The notes under the pieces were generated by a model. The model worked only from the letters and a program-made list of their open reading frames with translations. It was not told the origin of the DNA and made no database searches. The position numbers were made by a program, and so were the translations under genes. Positions 13,063 to 27,182 of a DNA stretch of 64,000 bases are shown here, in pieces. Within the stretch, counting starts at the first letter, position 1. Every line of letters starts with the position of its first letter. Origin of the DNA: Octopus vulgaris (Eukaryota); the NCBI GenBank assembly GCA_951406725.2, contig OX597825.1:37076001-37140000 (forward strand). Direction: 5' to 3'.

Positions 13063-13299
13063 AATAACTGCTCGGCGAGAGATAAAATCCTTATTACGAT
13101 CATGAGATCTTTATTATGATCATGAGAAAAGGACAAGACAAAAAAATACAAAAATGTCGTATGAGTTCGAATGAAACTTTTAAAAAATTAATTATAATGA
13201 GAAATAAACGAATAATTGGCTTTCTTTTGCCTTTAAAACGAGAACTTTTTTATTATAATAAAACTAGAGATCAGAATAGCAGGTTCAAAAATCGAACCC

Positions 13300-13600
13300 G
13301 GCAGCCTATAATGTCCAGCAACTAGTTTTTCCTTTCTTCGATGATTAAGCTGGGTTACTGACACCCACCATTCTCATCACATCCTTCCATCGTTTTTGGT
13401 ATTCACTCGGGGCAGGGTCTTCCTATCCAACCCCATCTTGCTCTTCAGATGATATCTGAAGTAAGACAGCAAACCGGGGCCAGAGACGAAGGACCTTGTC
13501 ACAAAACCTTCCATTCTGGTCCTCCAAGCACACTCTTTCAGTACTGCAACAGTACAGTAAAAACAAGCCTTACCATATCCAAATGGTATAAACTGCATCT
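13300..13600 (-). mobile_element. Tx1/L1-like LINE 3' fragment (end of ORF2)
   Basis: GKACFYCTVAVLKECAWRTRMEG...YFRYHLKSKMGLDRKTL aligns by eye with GEVVFHCLVAVAKDVVCGRRLKD...CKFHLKRKSRVEREVL of the LINE at 52314-53250. Confidence 0.7.
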
Positions 13601-13628
13601 TGTGTTTATGATGCTTTTCTTCCCTATT

Positions 13629-13753
13629 TATGTATGTATGTATGTATGTATGTATGTATGTATGTATGTACGTACATACATACATACATACATACATACA
13701 TACATACATACATACATACATACATACATACATACATACATACATACATACAT
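13629..13753. repeat. Head-to-head (TATG)n/(CATA)n microsatellite forming an 86-bp perfect palindrome
   Basis: Centre TACGTA at 13669-13674; arms 13629-13671 and 13672-13714; CATA continues to ~13753. Confidence 0.9.
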
Positions 13754-13907
13754 TGTTTTCATGTTTAACTGGTGCGCTGCTAGGAATGTATTTAAATCTG
13801 TAGATATAAAGTTAAAAATATAAAAACTGCAAACACAAAAGTAAGGCACTGTATCGAGTTGTAAACCTTTAATATATTTGGTAGTATAAGATGGAAGCAA
13901 AAGATGT

Positions 13908-14015
13908 GGAGGCACATGGCCTAGTGGTTAGAGCAGCGGACTCGCGGTCGAGGGATCGCGGGTTCGAATCTCAGACCGGGCGATGTGTGTGTTTATGAGC
14001 GAAACACCTAAGCTC
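13908..14015 (+). mobile_element. tRNA-derived SINE head (family C), 3'-truncated
   Basis: A box TGGCCTAGTGG and B box GGTTCGAATC (13961-13970); no acceptor stem; a decayed relative lies on the minus strand at ~41985-42190. Confidence 0.7.
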
Positions 14016-15588
14016 ACCGCTAGCTCTGATCTCTACAGATTTCTGTAGAGATAAATTAAAAAATGAAAACAACGCACTATTAACACAAAATTAAGGCACA
14101 ATATCGACTAGTAAACCTTGGTAGTATATTATTAATGCAAAACAGGATACAGTGTCCTTGCTAGCAATTCCTGCACACACACATATATATATATATGAAT
14201 ATCTTTTTTGTACATAGCCATCCAAACATACACACACAGACATAAATATATACGTATATATCAGGAGAGACATAGATAGATAGGTAGAGAGAGAGAGAGA
14301 GAAAAATGGTGCTTCGATCTTACATTTTTGTCAGTAACTCATTATGCAGTTACTTATCTATCTTCTATTTTTTCAGAAAGTCGACTTGCATCGCAGAGGC
14401 AGGAATAACTGTTGCTATCTCTGACAGCAATGTTTTGACAGCGAAGTCGCTGAAATTTAGAATGAGCTTACTTCCAGTAATTTTTATAGCCACGTTATGT
14501 AAACGATTGGTACAGAGACGCTTTGTCTATGTTGACTGAGAATGTGATATCTATGTTGTCAGACAAAGCGTTATATATGGACTCAGTGAGTGACAGTTTC
14601 TTCCTCCTTATTGCTGCATAATGTTACTTTGGTGCAATATCTGGGCAAAGCAGGTACCTAAGCCATATAATAAAATACACGGAAACCTCTCCATGGTAGC
14701 TGCATATGATACATATAACTTAGAGATTCACGCCCTCTTACGTAATGTACACACACATGCCCACTTACGCAATGCACACACACGCACACACACACACACG
14801 TGCGCACATACAGACACACACAAACATACATATACACACACTTTTATATATACATACACTTTTATATATTTATTCATATATATGTGTGTGTGTGTGTGTG
14901 TTTGTGTGCTTGTATGTGGATGCTACACTTAGTAAAACTAGCTGGCAAAATTTCCTCAAATGACGCTCTTCGGCTTTGGTTGAAATAGACTATGCAAAAA
15001 AAAAGTGACCCAGTGTCTGAATTACAAAAACAAACGCAGTACTTCTACATAGTAAAATTTTGTATTTGCCTTTAACTTTCATTTATATTTTTATTGTTGC
15101 TTTTATTTTTTTTGGACTCTCTTTGGATATCAGTGTTTTGATCTTCGTAGATTCCGATTGGGAACAAAAATACCTTTAAATATAAAATGCATTTTTGTGC
15201 CCTGACAATGTGTATTAACACTATTATAATATGATGTTACCTATGTCGACAGTAAAATGAACGGGTGTCCAAAGAAGATGGTTTTTCGTTTAACCACTTA
15301 AAAACAGCAGACAATTCTATCTCGAAATTCCACCATAGTCTCTTAGATATGTGCTAATGTGTTATACAACACTGAAGACCTTTTCATTGTAGCTTGACCT
15401 GAGGAAAACAGTTATATATACGTACACACGTACGTCATGCATGCATACATACGTACGTTTGTATGTAGGTCTGAGAACTCTGAGTGATAGCTAAATCTTC
15501 TACATATGTAGCCAAATTCCCACAAAGTATATTGTTACTCGGAGCTGTTGGATGGAACAAGCGATCAAGAAATTTTTGTAGCAATTCT

Positions 15589-15953
15589 TTAATATTTGTG
15601 TTGTGTTTAAAGGCTTTCAGGTTGAGGTATTTCGTCCAGGAAAAATACCTTTAAGACGTTGAGTGTTAAAAAATATTCTATACCACAAAACTTGTGTGGT
15701 ACTATTACACATCAGCAGATAAATGTTACGCTAGTTGCATATACTAGGCCAGGAATTTGAAGCAATTTCCGGGGTGACTCGGGTATACAGTACTGATCAG
15801 TAGAAATATCGATGTTTACTGTTCTCGATCACCTACAGAGCGATTGGCTTCGCCTTGCTTTGAGTGATACAGTATTTTTTAACACTCTTAAATGGACTTT
15901 CCCCGGACGAAATACCGCAACCTGAAAGCATTTAAACAAAACACATGCATTAA
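15589..15953. repeat. Inverted repeat (~90-bp arms, ~177-bp spacer): MITE or old fold-back duplication
   Basis: 15589-15686 is reverse-complementary to 15864-15953 (GCTTTCAGGTTGAGGTATTTCGTCC / GGACGAAATACCGCAACCTGAAAGC), about 80% identity. Confidence 0.8.
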
Positions 15954-17852
15954 GTATGTAACATCAATAATGTTTACATTATTAGATTGGTTTCTGATGC
16001 AAAATTGAATTTTGCTATAATTCCTACTTTAATGAAAATAGACAAAGTTTCTTTTGTATTAGTTAATTTGAAATGTATATCAAAATCAGCACAATACTGC
16101 CTGGCGTCATTTTGTCTCAGTAAAAGGACAGTACCTAGTACCTCTGTTAGTGTTACTGTAAAAGGAGGATGTTCGCTAGCCGAAAAAAGAGAATGTCAGG
16201 GAACATACCCTGCAATATTTTATAACGTCTCTTTATATAACATTTTGAAATCTCACCGGTCTGGTCTTCACTTTTCATTGCTGTAGAGCCAATAAAATAA
16301 GTACATTGTTACAGTTAATCGACTATTTCCTTCCACAGAGTTCATGTTGCACCAATGTGGTACCTTTGATGAGAAAACAACAAAGGCGGCGGTACCGTTA
16401 ATGAGAAAACAACATCTCTCCGAATACGACGTGAGAATTAGAATTAATGTTTTGTACTAATCGTCAATGTGTTTTATCAGAAAACAGTCTCATATTAAAT
16501 AAGCCATTGGCAATTCTTTCACCATGACACATGGATAAGGGAGATACTAGAAAATGTTTTAGTGGTCCATTGACTTACATTACAACTTACGAACATATAG
16601 ATGCTGACATACTTTTGTGGTTAACACGTTCACTTTGAACTATGTGGTTTCTAGTTAGATTCCATTGCATGGCACTTTGATAAGAAGCCTTCTGCCATAG
16701 TTTCAGGTTAACTAAAGCTTTGTGAAATTTGGTGGAGTGAAATTGTATTTAAGCCCGTCAGACCAATCTTGATCTTGAGGAATAGCCTTAATTTGTCGCC
16801 TTGTTTAACATACAATTCTTTTGTATACTAAATCTAACTGGCTGCGAGTGCCTTTCGTACGTTCCATTCTGTTGCAAGCATTCGGACCAGATCTCTGAGG
16901 CACAGATAATTTGCTTCCTCCCTTTCTCCGGTTTTCAAGGCCAAGAAAAGAGTCGTAGGCAATGGCCTCACGCTTCTGGTTAATCCATAAAATATTCGTC
17001 CGATTAAAGAGTATCAAACTATATCTCCTTAAAGCACATATATATAATCATATGCCAACCGGTTTCAGAACGTATTGAAAACCTCACGAAAACATGGTAT
17101 GCCTGCTAAGACAATATCTTATCACTTCAGCTAGTTGTTATTGTTTATGTTCGGTCCCACGTTTAATCAACAATTGAATAATCATTGAAAAGACGCTGTA
17201 AGCCGTCATAATTCTACGATTTTCAGACAGTGTGAACTAAGGCTACAATATTCACTGTGTCTCCCCGTTTTAGGACTTGATTGATATTTGGTTACTATTT
17301 CTAGCAGATTAAGCAAACGAATAAACGCTACCTTGTTGGTCCGGTACCAACTAGTTATATTATTTGAGTTTAATTCCTGACAATGATAAGTGACAAAACA
17401 TTGTTGAACAAGAGATAATGTTTCAGCAGGTCGAGTTGATGGCGTGTTTTCAAATTCGATTGAATCATATATTATATTCATGCACTTACATAATATAGAT
17501 ACAGCACACTTTCTAACTCCTCTCTTTAAGATAAAAAGATATTTTAAGGTGAGCAAAAATATCTAATAATAGTTATAATTGTGCTTGTGTATATAACGGC
17601 TAGTACTAATGGTGTAGTAATAATAGTGCTCAAAATATATCATCATGATGACCTTTGACTTACTTTCGATTCGGGAAATGCTTGACCCGAGAAAATATAT
17701 CTTTATTTGAAATTTAGCTTTCCCGCACTTAATCGATATGCAGTTTCAGATGTGCTTCATTAGTTTATTCAGTTACGTATGACATGCATTTTCGGTTTCA
17801 TTGGCTATTACGTTTATCCTTCTAATGAAAGTTGCTTGACTATATTTCTCTT

Positions 17853-18268
17853 GACATAGGAGTGGCTGTGTGGTAAGTAGCTAGGCGCATGTGTGGCTGT
17901 GTGGTAAGTAGCTTGCTTACCAACCACATAGTTCTGGGTTCAGTCCCACTGCGTGGCACGTTGGTCAAGTGCATTTTACTATAGCCTCGGGCCAACCAAT
18001 TTGATAGACGGAAACTGAAGGAAGCCCGTCGTATGTATATATATATGTATGTGTGTGTATTTATTTGTGTGTCTGTGTTTGTCTCCCCAACATCGTTGAC
18101 AATCGATGGTGATGTGTTTACGTCTCCGTAACTTAGCGGTTCGGCAAAAGAGAGCAATAGAATAAGTACTAGGCTTACAAAGAATAAGTCCTGGGGTCGA
18201 TTTGCTCGTCTAAAGACAGTGCTCCAGCATTGCCGCAGTTAAATGACTGAAACAAGTAAAATAGAGTA
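17853..18268 (+). mobile_element. tRNA-derived CORE-like SINE (family B) with duplicated 5' end
   Basis: TGGCTGTGTGGTAAGTAGCT occurs twice; GGTTCAGTCCC B box; TTGGTCAAGTG CORE-like block; internal TA/TG microsatellite; GACTGAAACAAGTAAAA tail shared with other copies. Confidence 0.88.
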
Positions 18269-18399
18269 TGATTCGTCTTTTCTACTAAATGCTAAGCAGG
18301 TAAAATACTATAATAATGCGTTAAATGAATGCGATCATAAATAGCAAATGCTTAAGTGTATAGAATGATAGCATAAAGAACAAAAACATGGAAACATTC

Positions 18400-20245
18400 A
18401 AACCAATCATTGGAATATTACATTTAATTGAGTCCAATTCATAGTAATACAATAAGATGATGGAAAGAGGTCAGCTATTATAAGTTTGAAAGTTGTAAAT
18501 GGCGACAAAATCTTAAAAGAAGTAGAAAAGGCAGGAAATCAACAAAAGATTGCACAGAAACTGAAGCAGATGAAATACCAAAGACATTTAAAGTATTAGG
18601 AAACTACAACCTAGATCTAATAACATACTTATATAATTTAATGCATGAGACTGGACGCAAATCAACCTATGAGAAATAATCTGTTTTTGATTCATTACCA
18701 CAGAATCGAACACCTCAGGACTTCACGGGGCTTAGATCCATAAACCGAAAAAATCTTTTACCATTAAAAAGTCACCCAACAAAGAATTACAACATGGGTA
18801 ACTGAAGCAGTCAACTACAAAGCAGATTTAGAGCAGTATTTGAAACTCGTGAAGGAACATGTAGTTTCAAAAGACAATATGTAAAAAAAAAGCTTTGGGG
18901 ATAAATCAAGATCTTCATATAAAACCTCATAGACTATATCAAGGAATTTGAAACAGTAAAACATGGCAAGATGATCGAATGTCTATCAAAATTTGGGAGA
19001 TGTGATAAAGAACTTCAAATATTGATTTCAAATTTTGGCACAAGGCCGGCAAGGAGCAAATCGATTACATCGATCCAATGCTCGACTGGTACTTATTTTA
19101 TCTAACCCGAAGGGATGAAAGGAAAAGTTGACCCCTGCGGAATTCGAACTTCAGAATGTGAAGGTGATCAAAATGTCGCAAACCCTTTTGGCTTGGGTGC
19201 TAATGATTATGCTAGCTCTCTGCCTTGAAGTACTCCAAATATTGACAAAAATATACTGGTAGCAACAGCAGCGGCCAGAACTGAAAGATGAAAAGTCACA
19301 GAATGAAACATTACGAATGAACACTTGCAAATCCGGGTCCGTATCCTTTAACCTGTTTAACATCTGAACTGAGAACTGACAAAAAGAAAAATGCTTGAAG
19401 TTTCAAAAGGAGTGAACACCAATAAACCTAAATATTCAGATGAAACTTTCTCATTAACTTTCAAGAGAATTGACCTATAGAACCTGGAAACAGCAATAAA
19501 TGAGACATGAATGTGTTACGAAATAGTAATGGATGTAAAGAAAACGAAAACCAATTATAATCAACAAGAAACAACAGTCACTGAAAGTAAATATTACAAT
19601 TGAGGGAAAGCCAACTAGATAGATACCAAAGTTAATGTACCTTGGATATTCGCAATCAGAAAATGTGAAATAGGATGTAGAACCAAACGAAGGATTTAAA
19701 TAAGTGGAAAATCATTTGAGAAAAAGTCAAATACACTAACATTAAAAACAATATCACAACTAGGAAAATGTTATGCATGGTTCACTCTACGATATAGAAT
19801 TGAAACATGGATATTACACTTTGATCTTAGCCAAAAGGTCGAGAAACGATTGACACATGGATTAAGAAAAGTATTATCAAATAGATTACATGCCTTTGAA
19901 ATGTGGGCATATAGAGGGCTTTTGAGAATATTACGGACAGAACACAAAGCCAATGACGAAGAAATGAATTGCATAGGTAAAATTATATTAGTCACCAATG
20001 AAGAGAGAAAATGAAAATATTTTGGACACTTAATTAGAAAAAAGGGATTACTGAAACTTTTAATACAAGGCAAAATGAACGGGTTAAAAAGAGAGAAGAG
20101 AAAACCAAGAATTACTGGACTGATACTATAAAGAGACAGATTTAAAATACAGAGAATATCCAAGGACAGCACAAGAGTGAAGTGAGACAGTGATCCATAT
20201 ATTTCAACTTTTTGAAGCTGAAGATACAGCTAGATGAGGATGATT
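18400..20245 (+). mobile_element. Decayed 5'-truncated RTE-clade LINE (RT to 3' end)
   Basis: ADEIPK..LITYLYNLMHETG; LIDYIKEFETVKHGKMIECL ~18926; MYLG; CYAWFTLRYRIETW; RLHAFEMWAYRGLLRI ~19883; KYFGHLIR; LLIQGKMNG; short (GAT)-like tail. Confidence 0.85.
19026..19231 (-). mobile_element. Family A SINE inserted in the RTE LINE, with TSD
   Basis: Head, core and tail present; CAAATATTGA duplicated at 19016-19025 and 19236-19245. Confidence 0.85.
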
Positions 20246-21499
20246 AAATACGAAAAAAAAAAAAAAAAGATACGCGTTAGCGTACAATCCATTACTGTCG
20301 TAAACACGAGAATTGAATTAGTTTCTCTTGCTCGTAATGCTGTCAGAAAACCTTTACTCGATACATTTATTGAGCCCAATTCAGTTCTTAATTTTTGCTT
20401 TTTATATAAGAGTGAAAATTTGTAAAAGGGAATACTGAGATTATGTGACATATTTGCCTCTTAGAATTCCTTTCCCTAGGCGAGAGAAAGAGATCTGCAG
20501 CAAGCGCGAATCGAAACCTACTGTTGCAATACAGAATTTATCACAGTTGATTGATTCAATCATTTGAATGTGGACTAAAACGTGAACAGAAATTACAGCA
20601 ATAGCAGTTTGTGGTTTTTGTATAACTGAATATTTGGGATGTAGGAAATGATATATTTTTTTTTCTATATCTTTATTCATTTTCCCACATTTTACTCACT
20701 TGCTAACTAATATCTACCGCAATCAATAACTTCTTCAGAAACTCATTGATTCATTCAGTCATTCATTCAGCCATCCATTCTTTTCTCAGGACACAGATAA
20801 TATAGAAAAAGAAAAGTAGAAGAAAATCACGATCAACAAATAGAAAAAATGGAAAAAATAAGGAGAAGAAATATAATAATAAAAAGAAAACGAAGAAAAG
20901 AGCGAAAAAGGAGAAGAGTCGATGATGGCAACGATAAAGAAAGAGTTAAGAATATAAAAGAGGAAGGAGAAAAACGTAATGACAAGAAAAAGAAAACAAA
21001 AATCTCGATGAAATGGATGGCGACAAAGAAGACAGAGAAAACTATGGATAAAGACATAAAAATGAAAACAAAATAAAAATGAAAAAAAAATGGAGATTTA
21101 TTTAGATGTCTTAGCAGATCAATCTCTTCTCAAAATGCCAGCCTGAATTTGACCAGGCAATTACAAATATCGGTGAAAATGTGGGATTTTCCACATGAAA
21201 CATCACAAAGACATAAATGTCGTTTCAAGCAGTTATGTTGCCAAACTTAACTTACTAAGCAGAGGTTTAATCGATCAGGAAAAGCTGGTTCAAAACGAAA
21301 CTGTACTTGTTCGATATTTACCTTTCCTTTCCATCTTCCTTCTCAAATAAGCAACATTAATGAAGGACGCCATCGTCCTTTATAAACCGCCTGTCAATGA
21401 AGAACCTTGTAGCCAGTCTACGTATACAAGAGTCTTCGGTCTATCCCGTGACAGGAATTTCTTTCATAAGGCCCTTCTATATTTTGAGATGACGCTAGC

Positions 21500-21830
21500 T
21501 GGGTGTAGTACCATGTAGAAGTAAGTTTAAATGGAGGATATTTGATCGACCCCTCATCAAAGGAGAACTCAAGATAATATTGTTTAATTTACAACATAAA
21601 ATGGACGTAATCACAAATATAGCCATCAATTTCATAGCATCATTAAGGTAACACTTTCCACCAACGCAGAAATGTATTAAGCCTTTCAATATTCACAACA
21701 TTAATATTAGACTGGATCACAAACAACATACTAGATCGTGTAGTTACGTAGTCTCTGCCCCAACAATCTAGCTGTACTGTCGAAAACAACAACCCAATTG
21801 GCCACTCAGATCTTATCTTTGCTAAGAAAT
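21500..21830 (+). mobile_element. Remnant of a CR1/L2/Jockey-type APE endonuclease
   Basis: NNILDRVVT (~21722) followed by PIGHSDLI (~21794) resembles the LDLV...SDH end of LINE endonucleases; heavily decayed. Confidence 0.45.
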
Positions 21831-23898
21831 TATATATCGAGTATCTGTAGTACCCCTCATTAAGATTGAAAGGAATTATACGGAACTAACGATTTTAAAG
21901 ATTATCATCAGGATTTTCAATCGCTGAGGTAAAGAAGCAGGATACATTCTACTTTCCTGCTCGAATTCATCTGGAAACTCAGGGACCAACGACAAGAATG
22001 CCCGCCAATAACTTGGATTGTTGTTGGTTAAGCTGAACAATACTTTAATGAATTGACAAATTGCTGACTCCCTAACTCAATGGTTGCAGATACTTAAAGG
22101 GCTATCAATATTACTGAAAAGATCTGAAATATTGTCTTACTGCCATCATTGGAAGAGTTTTCTCCAGGAAAATGTTTTGTGATCTGATTCCCCAGCTAAT
22201 ACAACATAACATCATAGATTTCAGATCTCACAAACAACACTGAGGAATTTCCTTACATTATCTAAGTTCAGTTTTATTCTGGCTTGCAATATTTTTCATT
22301 GCTGCTATGTAACTACCTTTCACAATTGAAGAGACCTTGTATGGAAGGTTATACCCATAATTTACGTGGGTAAAACTTAGAATAGCAATGAAATAAATCA
22401 TCAACTATTAACCTATAAATAATAGCTCTGGTCGATACCTCACTAGAGTAGAAGGTATCCTACTGTGGAATCAAACTCGAAACCATGAAACTGTGAAGTG
22501 TCAAGAATAGCTGGAGTTTATAATACTCACATCCCTCGAAAACGTAAATAATCTGTTTTACTGTCGTGTTTTCTGCTTCATGTAAAAGAAACCAATGTTT
22601 TACCTTGAATACATTAGAACGTTTGATTCCTGCCCGTCTATGTTCTAAGTTCAAAAACCGTCACGGTCAACTTCGTTTCCCATTCCTCAGGAATTTGAAT
22701 CATATTAAATATAAACTGGCAATATTGTATCAACTGTACACAGCTTCTATAAAAATTGGCCTTATGCCTATGCCAGAAATCAATATTTTCGTAAACAGCA
22801 GGCAGGCTAGTTTAATTTTAGGTTAGTCTTTGATGGTCAACAAAATAAACGAACAAACAAACACACAAATAAACAAACCAGCAAATGAATACACTAAAAT
22901 AAATCAAACGTGAAAAAGTAAATAGAATATATAAATAAAGAGAAGCTAATTTTCACCTGTTCAAACACACAGCAAAGTAAGAGGAGAGTAATTATATTTA
23001 TCGATCTCTTTAATGTGGCCAATATTTGCAAAATACAATTAAGCACGCGCCGCTTGCGCTTTGCATTGATTTTATATCAGAAGCTAATCGTCTGCTCTTA
23101 AGTTCCTAATATCTGAATATAAGTCACTCTAATTGTAAGACTTCAAGTATTAATGTCTTCCTTGTCACTGATTACTCCGACACCGAGTGATATACCTATT
23201 TAGAGAAGATTAACTGAAATAATTGCATCTCTATATTCTTTGTGCTTAAGTTAAATCTATCAACAGCACTTACATCAGTAAATATTTCCCTCCTCTCCAC
23301 CTATAAAAAAATAAAAGGAAAAAAATAAAGGTGAGAAAAAGCATCATCTTATATTGTAATGGTTATATAACACCTCATCATACGTGCCTCCGAGCTGACC
23401 TAAAATAATTAACTCATCAATCTTTATTTTAGACTAATACCCACTAGATTGGTTCACCTATCATATATTCACTTATGACCTTTCCTCACCTCCCAGACCT
23501 CGTAACTTGCTCGCTCAAACATTAATCCAATAAAATGTTTTCCTTGACTGTCTCTTTTGTTACATTTGTACTTGTTTAAAACTGTTCAAACTACAATTTT
23601 CTCTCTTAAATCTGCTCTCACCTCACCATGTATCTTTCAGATCTCGTAACAAATGTTTTCATTAAAAAACTGCATTTCTGAGAAACTTCTACTTTGTCCG
23701 TTTGCTTTTGTAATTAATACCACGCTGTTTTGGCAGTGTTTAAAAGCCACCACTCATAGGATAATTAACTACTCGTAATGAAACGATAAGAGCTACACGG
23801 ATTAACATGGTAACCTTTATTTAGTGGTTCATTTTCCTAAATGTTCCTCAAATCACATGCTATATGTATATATATATGTATGTATATATATATGCTTG

Positions 23899-24004
<106 letters not shown>

Positions 24005-24084
24005 GCAATATATATAAATATATATGTATGTAAGTATCTATATATAGCAATATATATATATATATAGCTATATATATATATATA

Positions 24085-24456
24085 CTCTCTTTTACTTGTT
24101 TCAGTCATTAGACTGCGGCCATGCTGGAGCACCGCCTTTAGTCGAGCAAATCGATCTCAGAGCTTATTCTTTGTAAGCCTAGTACTTATTCTATCGGTTT
24201 CTTTTGCCGAACCGCTAGATTACGGGGACGTAAATACATCAGCATCGGTTGTCAACAATGTTGGGGGGACAAACACGGACACACAAATATATACATACAT
24301 ATACATATACATATATATGTATATATATATACATATACGACGGGATTCTTCCAATTTCCATCTACCAAATTCACTCACAAGGCTTTGGTCGGCCCGAGGC
24401 TGTAGTAGAAGACACTTGCCCAAGGTGCCACACAATGGGGCTGTGGTTGGTAAGCG

Positions 24457-24457
<1 letters not shown>
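24085..24457 (-). mobile_element. Family B SINE, head partly lost, flanked by (TA)n and (ATCT)n/(CA)n
   Basis: Reverse complement of the 17853 and 54069 copies. Confidence 0.88.
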
Positions 24458-24514
<57 letters not shown>

Positions 24515-24537
24515 ATACATATGTACATTTGTATACG

Positions 24538-24646
<109 letters not shown>

Positions 24647-25899
24647 GTACGTATATTTTATGTATATATGAATATAACTGAAATAACGTTCACTGTACAT
24701 CTGTTTGATCAAGCTGAACTGGTGCTAAACAAGATCAACATAAAATCAACACGTGAAAACAGAAGTGTAATACTAAATGAGGTTTTTTCCAAACCTATTT
24801 AAAGTGTTATCAATCTTCTGGTGTTTCTCCTTTCCTTTCTGAGCCAATAGAATGTGCACAATCTTTGGTAACCTTCTCGACAAGACCTATGTGCACAAGT
24901 ACAATTTTAACGGGAAAATGCAATTGTTGTTTTCCACTGTGTACTTTCGTGATTTTTTAAAGACACATCTTCTAGTCAACTAGATCGGCAAGATAGAAAA
25001 AAGCGTGCATAAATGCTTTAAGGCACCGTGTCTAACGATTTATCTGTTTAGCTAGACTCGTACATTATTTTATTAATCTTGGAGAAGTGTAAGGCAAAGT
25101 TGTCTTCGGTGGTATTTGAACCCAGAACGAGACGAGCCGAAGAAATACCGCAATACATTCTGCAGGATTTATGACCGACTCTGTAAATTCGCTTTTCTGG
25201 TACTCCAGTCTCTGATAAAGATGGATGTCTAACATAATGTCTGAGCAAAGAAAATTAGAGATTAAGCTACAATCTTTCTTTAATCATACGAGATACTATT
25301 AAAGTATTCCAGTAATTGACCATCATTATATGTGTAACTAATAAAAAAATAAACTTGCATAAGAAGTAAACAATATATTCCAGTTATTCCTCGATTAATG
25401 AAAAATAATATAATTAAATACTAAGCTACGTATTTAGCAGCTGATATCTATGATAGATATCTAAACGCACAGAGAGCGTACAAAATTTAACTGAAGCTAT
25501 ATAATACATAAGTGAATACATTATCAGGTGGACAGAAAAAGTAACTTTCTGACTTGAGTTTTCACTCTTATTGCATTGTTTAGTATCTGAACTGAATTAG
25601 TTCATATTTGGTGAGCTTATAAAACCATCAATTACGTATTTCTCCATTGCTAGAACAAAATGTATAAAATGATCCCGATAAAGGTACAAACTAAAATTAG
25701 ATCGTTCACTCTTTGCAAGCGGAAAAAAAATGTAAAAACACGTTTACAGTACATTATATGGTCTTGGTTAAATCTCGTGCTATTTCTGTATGCGTATATG
25801 GTTAAATGTTTTTCAGCCTACTCGTTGTATCGACCTCGAACAAATAGTTGCTTTAAGCTATTCAAACGAGTCAACGTATGACCTCATAGAATTTACAGT

Positions 25900-26000
25900 C
25901 AAGTCAGTTTTTAAAATCATACTCTATTATCTTAAACACGAGATAATCTGAGTGATACAAATCCTGAATAAAGTTGGGATGATGATGCATTGAATGCCTT
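25900..26000 (-). mobile_element. Mariner transposase C-terminal remnant
   Basis: HHHPNFIQDLYHSDYLVF resembles the HPPYSPDLAPSDYHLF motif. Confidence 0.4.
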
Positions 26001-26405
26001 TGGTAATACGTCCACTCGATTAGGGCCAGCTTGGAGTTAGTCGTCATTAAAACCAACAAAAAATGTTCACTCGTTAGGAAGGTAAACACTCACACCGAAA
26101 AAGCGGTTCCTTTCTGTTTTCTACTGCTTCTACGGTCAAAATATATTTAGCCCTTTACTCAGGACATTACAACTCCAGTTCCATGAATTAACATGAGATC
26201 CACTACGAAATCATTGGATTTATTAAAGCAGAAGGCAAATCTTCAAAATGATTATCTATAGACTTTATGTTGGATAAAGTTGCTCTAGATAATTCATTTG
26301 TGTTGGTAACGGAGACAATGATTTTGAACATGAATCTTCCCAATAAGGGCTGAATTGAGGACGGGCCAGATATTAACAACAACGATGACGACGACATCAT
26401 AATCC

Positions 26406-26423
26406 ACCTCCTCCTCCTCCTCC

Positions 26424-26498
<75 letters not shown>

Positions 26499-26510
26499 AC
26501 AACAACAACA
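26406..26510. repeat. (CCT)n(CAT)n(CAA)n compound trinucleotide repeat
   Basis: Direct reading. Confidence 0.95.
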
Positions 26511-27182
26511 GAAGCAACAACGACAACAATAACAATAATGACAGTAGTCCCATGAGAGAAACTTGAGATTGATGTCAGGTTAGGATCATAACAAAAAGTC
26601 AATACTTTATCAATCTTAACGTTAGATTGATCATAATTATATACTGTAATCACAACATCAAAGGAGCTTACGAGAAGCAATTAATTTATCATCCTTATGT
26701 TAAATTAATTATATGCTTTAATGACAATCAGCAACGAATCTGGGTTGTCAGTGAGAACACTTAGTACAACAGATGTGTGGCGGTTGATCAAATATGAACA
26801 ACTTTCGTAAAAAATAGTTCTTTAGTGACGGCCCTTTGCTCTCTGAATTCAAATCCTGGCGGGTAGATGAACTTTGGGTTTCATTCCTTCATCTTCTCAA
26901 ACAGCTAATGTATTAGTCAAGAATTGGGATCATCATCATCGACTATTTTACATTCCTCCAAACAAACTTTTAAAATCACTAAGACTACAAAAAGGAAATG
27001 AATGACTTATCAGAATATTGCTCCTCTCGCAGCTGATTTGTATTTCATGCATGTTTGTTTGTTGTTTAAGTCCATCTCAACTTAGACAAAGCAGATTTAT
27101 TCCGTAAGATATTCTCACCATGACTATACTGGCATTTTTCCCAGACAGTATATCTGGGTCATAATTATCTAATAAATATGAA

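Noticed and set aside
13908-13985. tRNA gene
   Set aside because: A and B boxes are present but there is no acceptor stem and no T-run terminator; the sequence continues into SINE-like body.
16359-16414. 32-bp tandem duplication (also 60688-60732)
   Set aside because: Ordinary short slippage duplications.
20820-21080. Lys/Arg-rich ORF 20849-21076
   Set aside because: GA-rich low-complexity DNA with no domain signal.
23751-23793. Standalone ribozyme call (also ~45010-45045)
   Set aside because: Core boxes are mutated or deleted; kept only as weak context in the multi-site finding.
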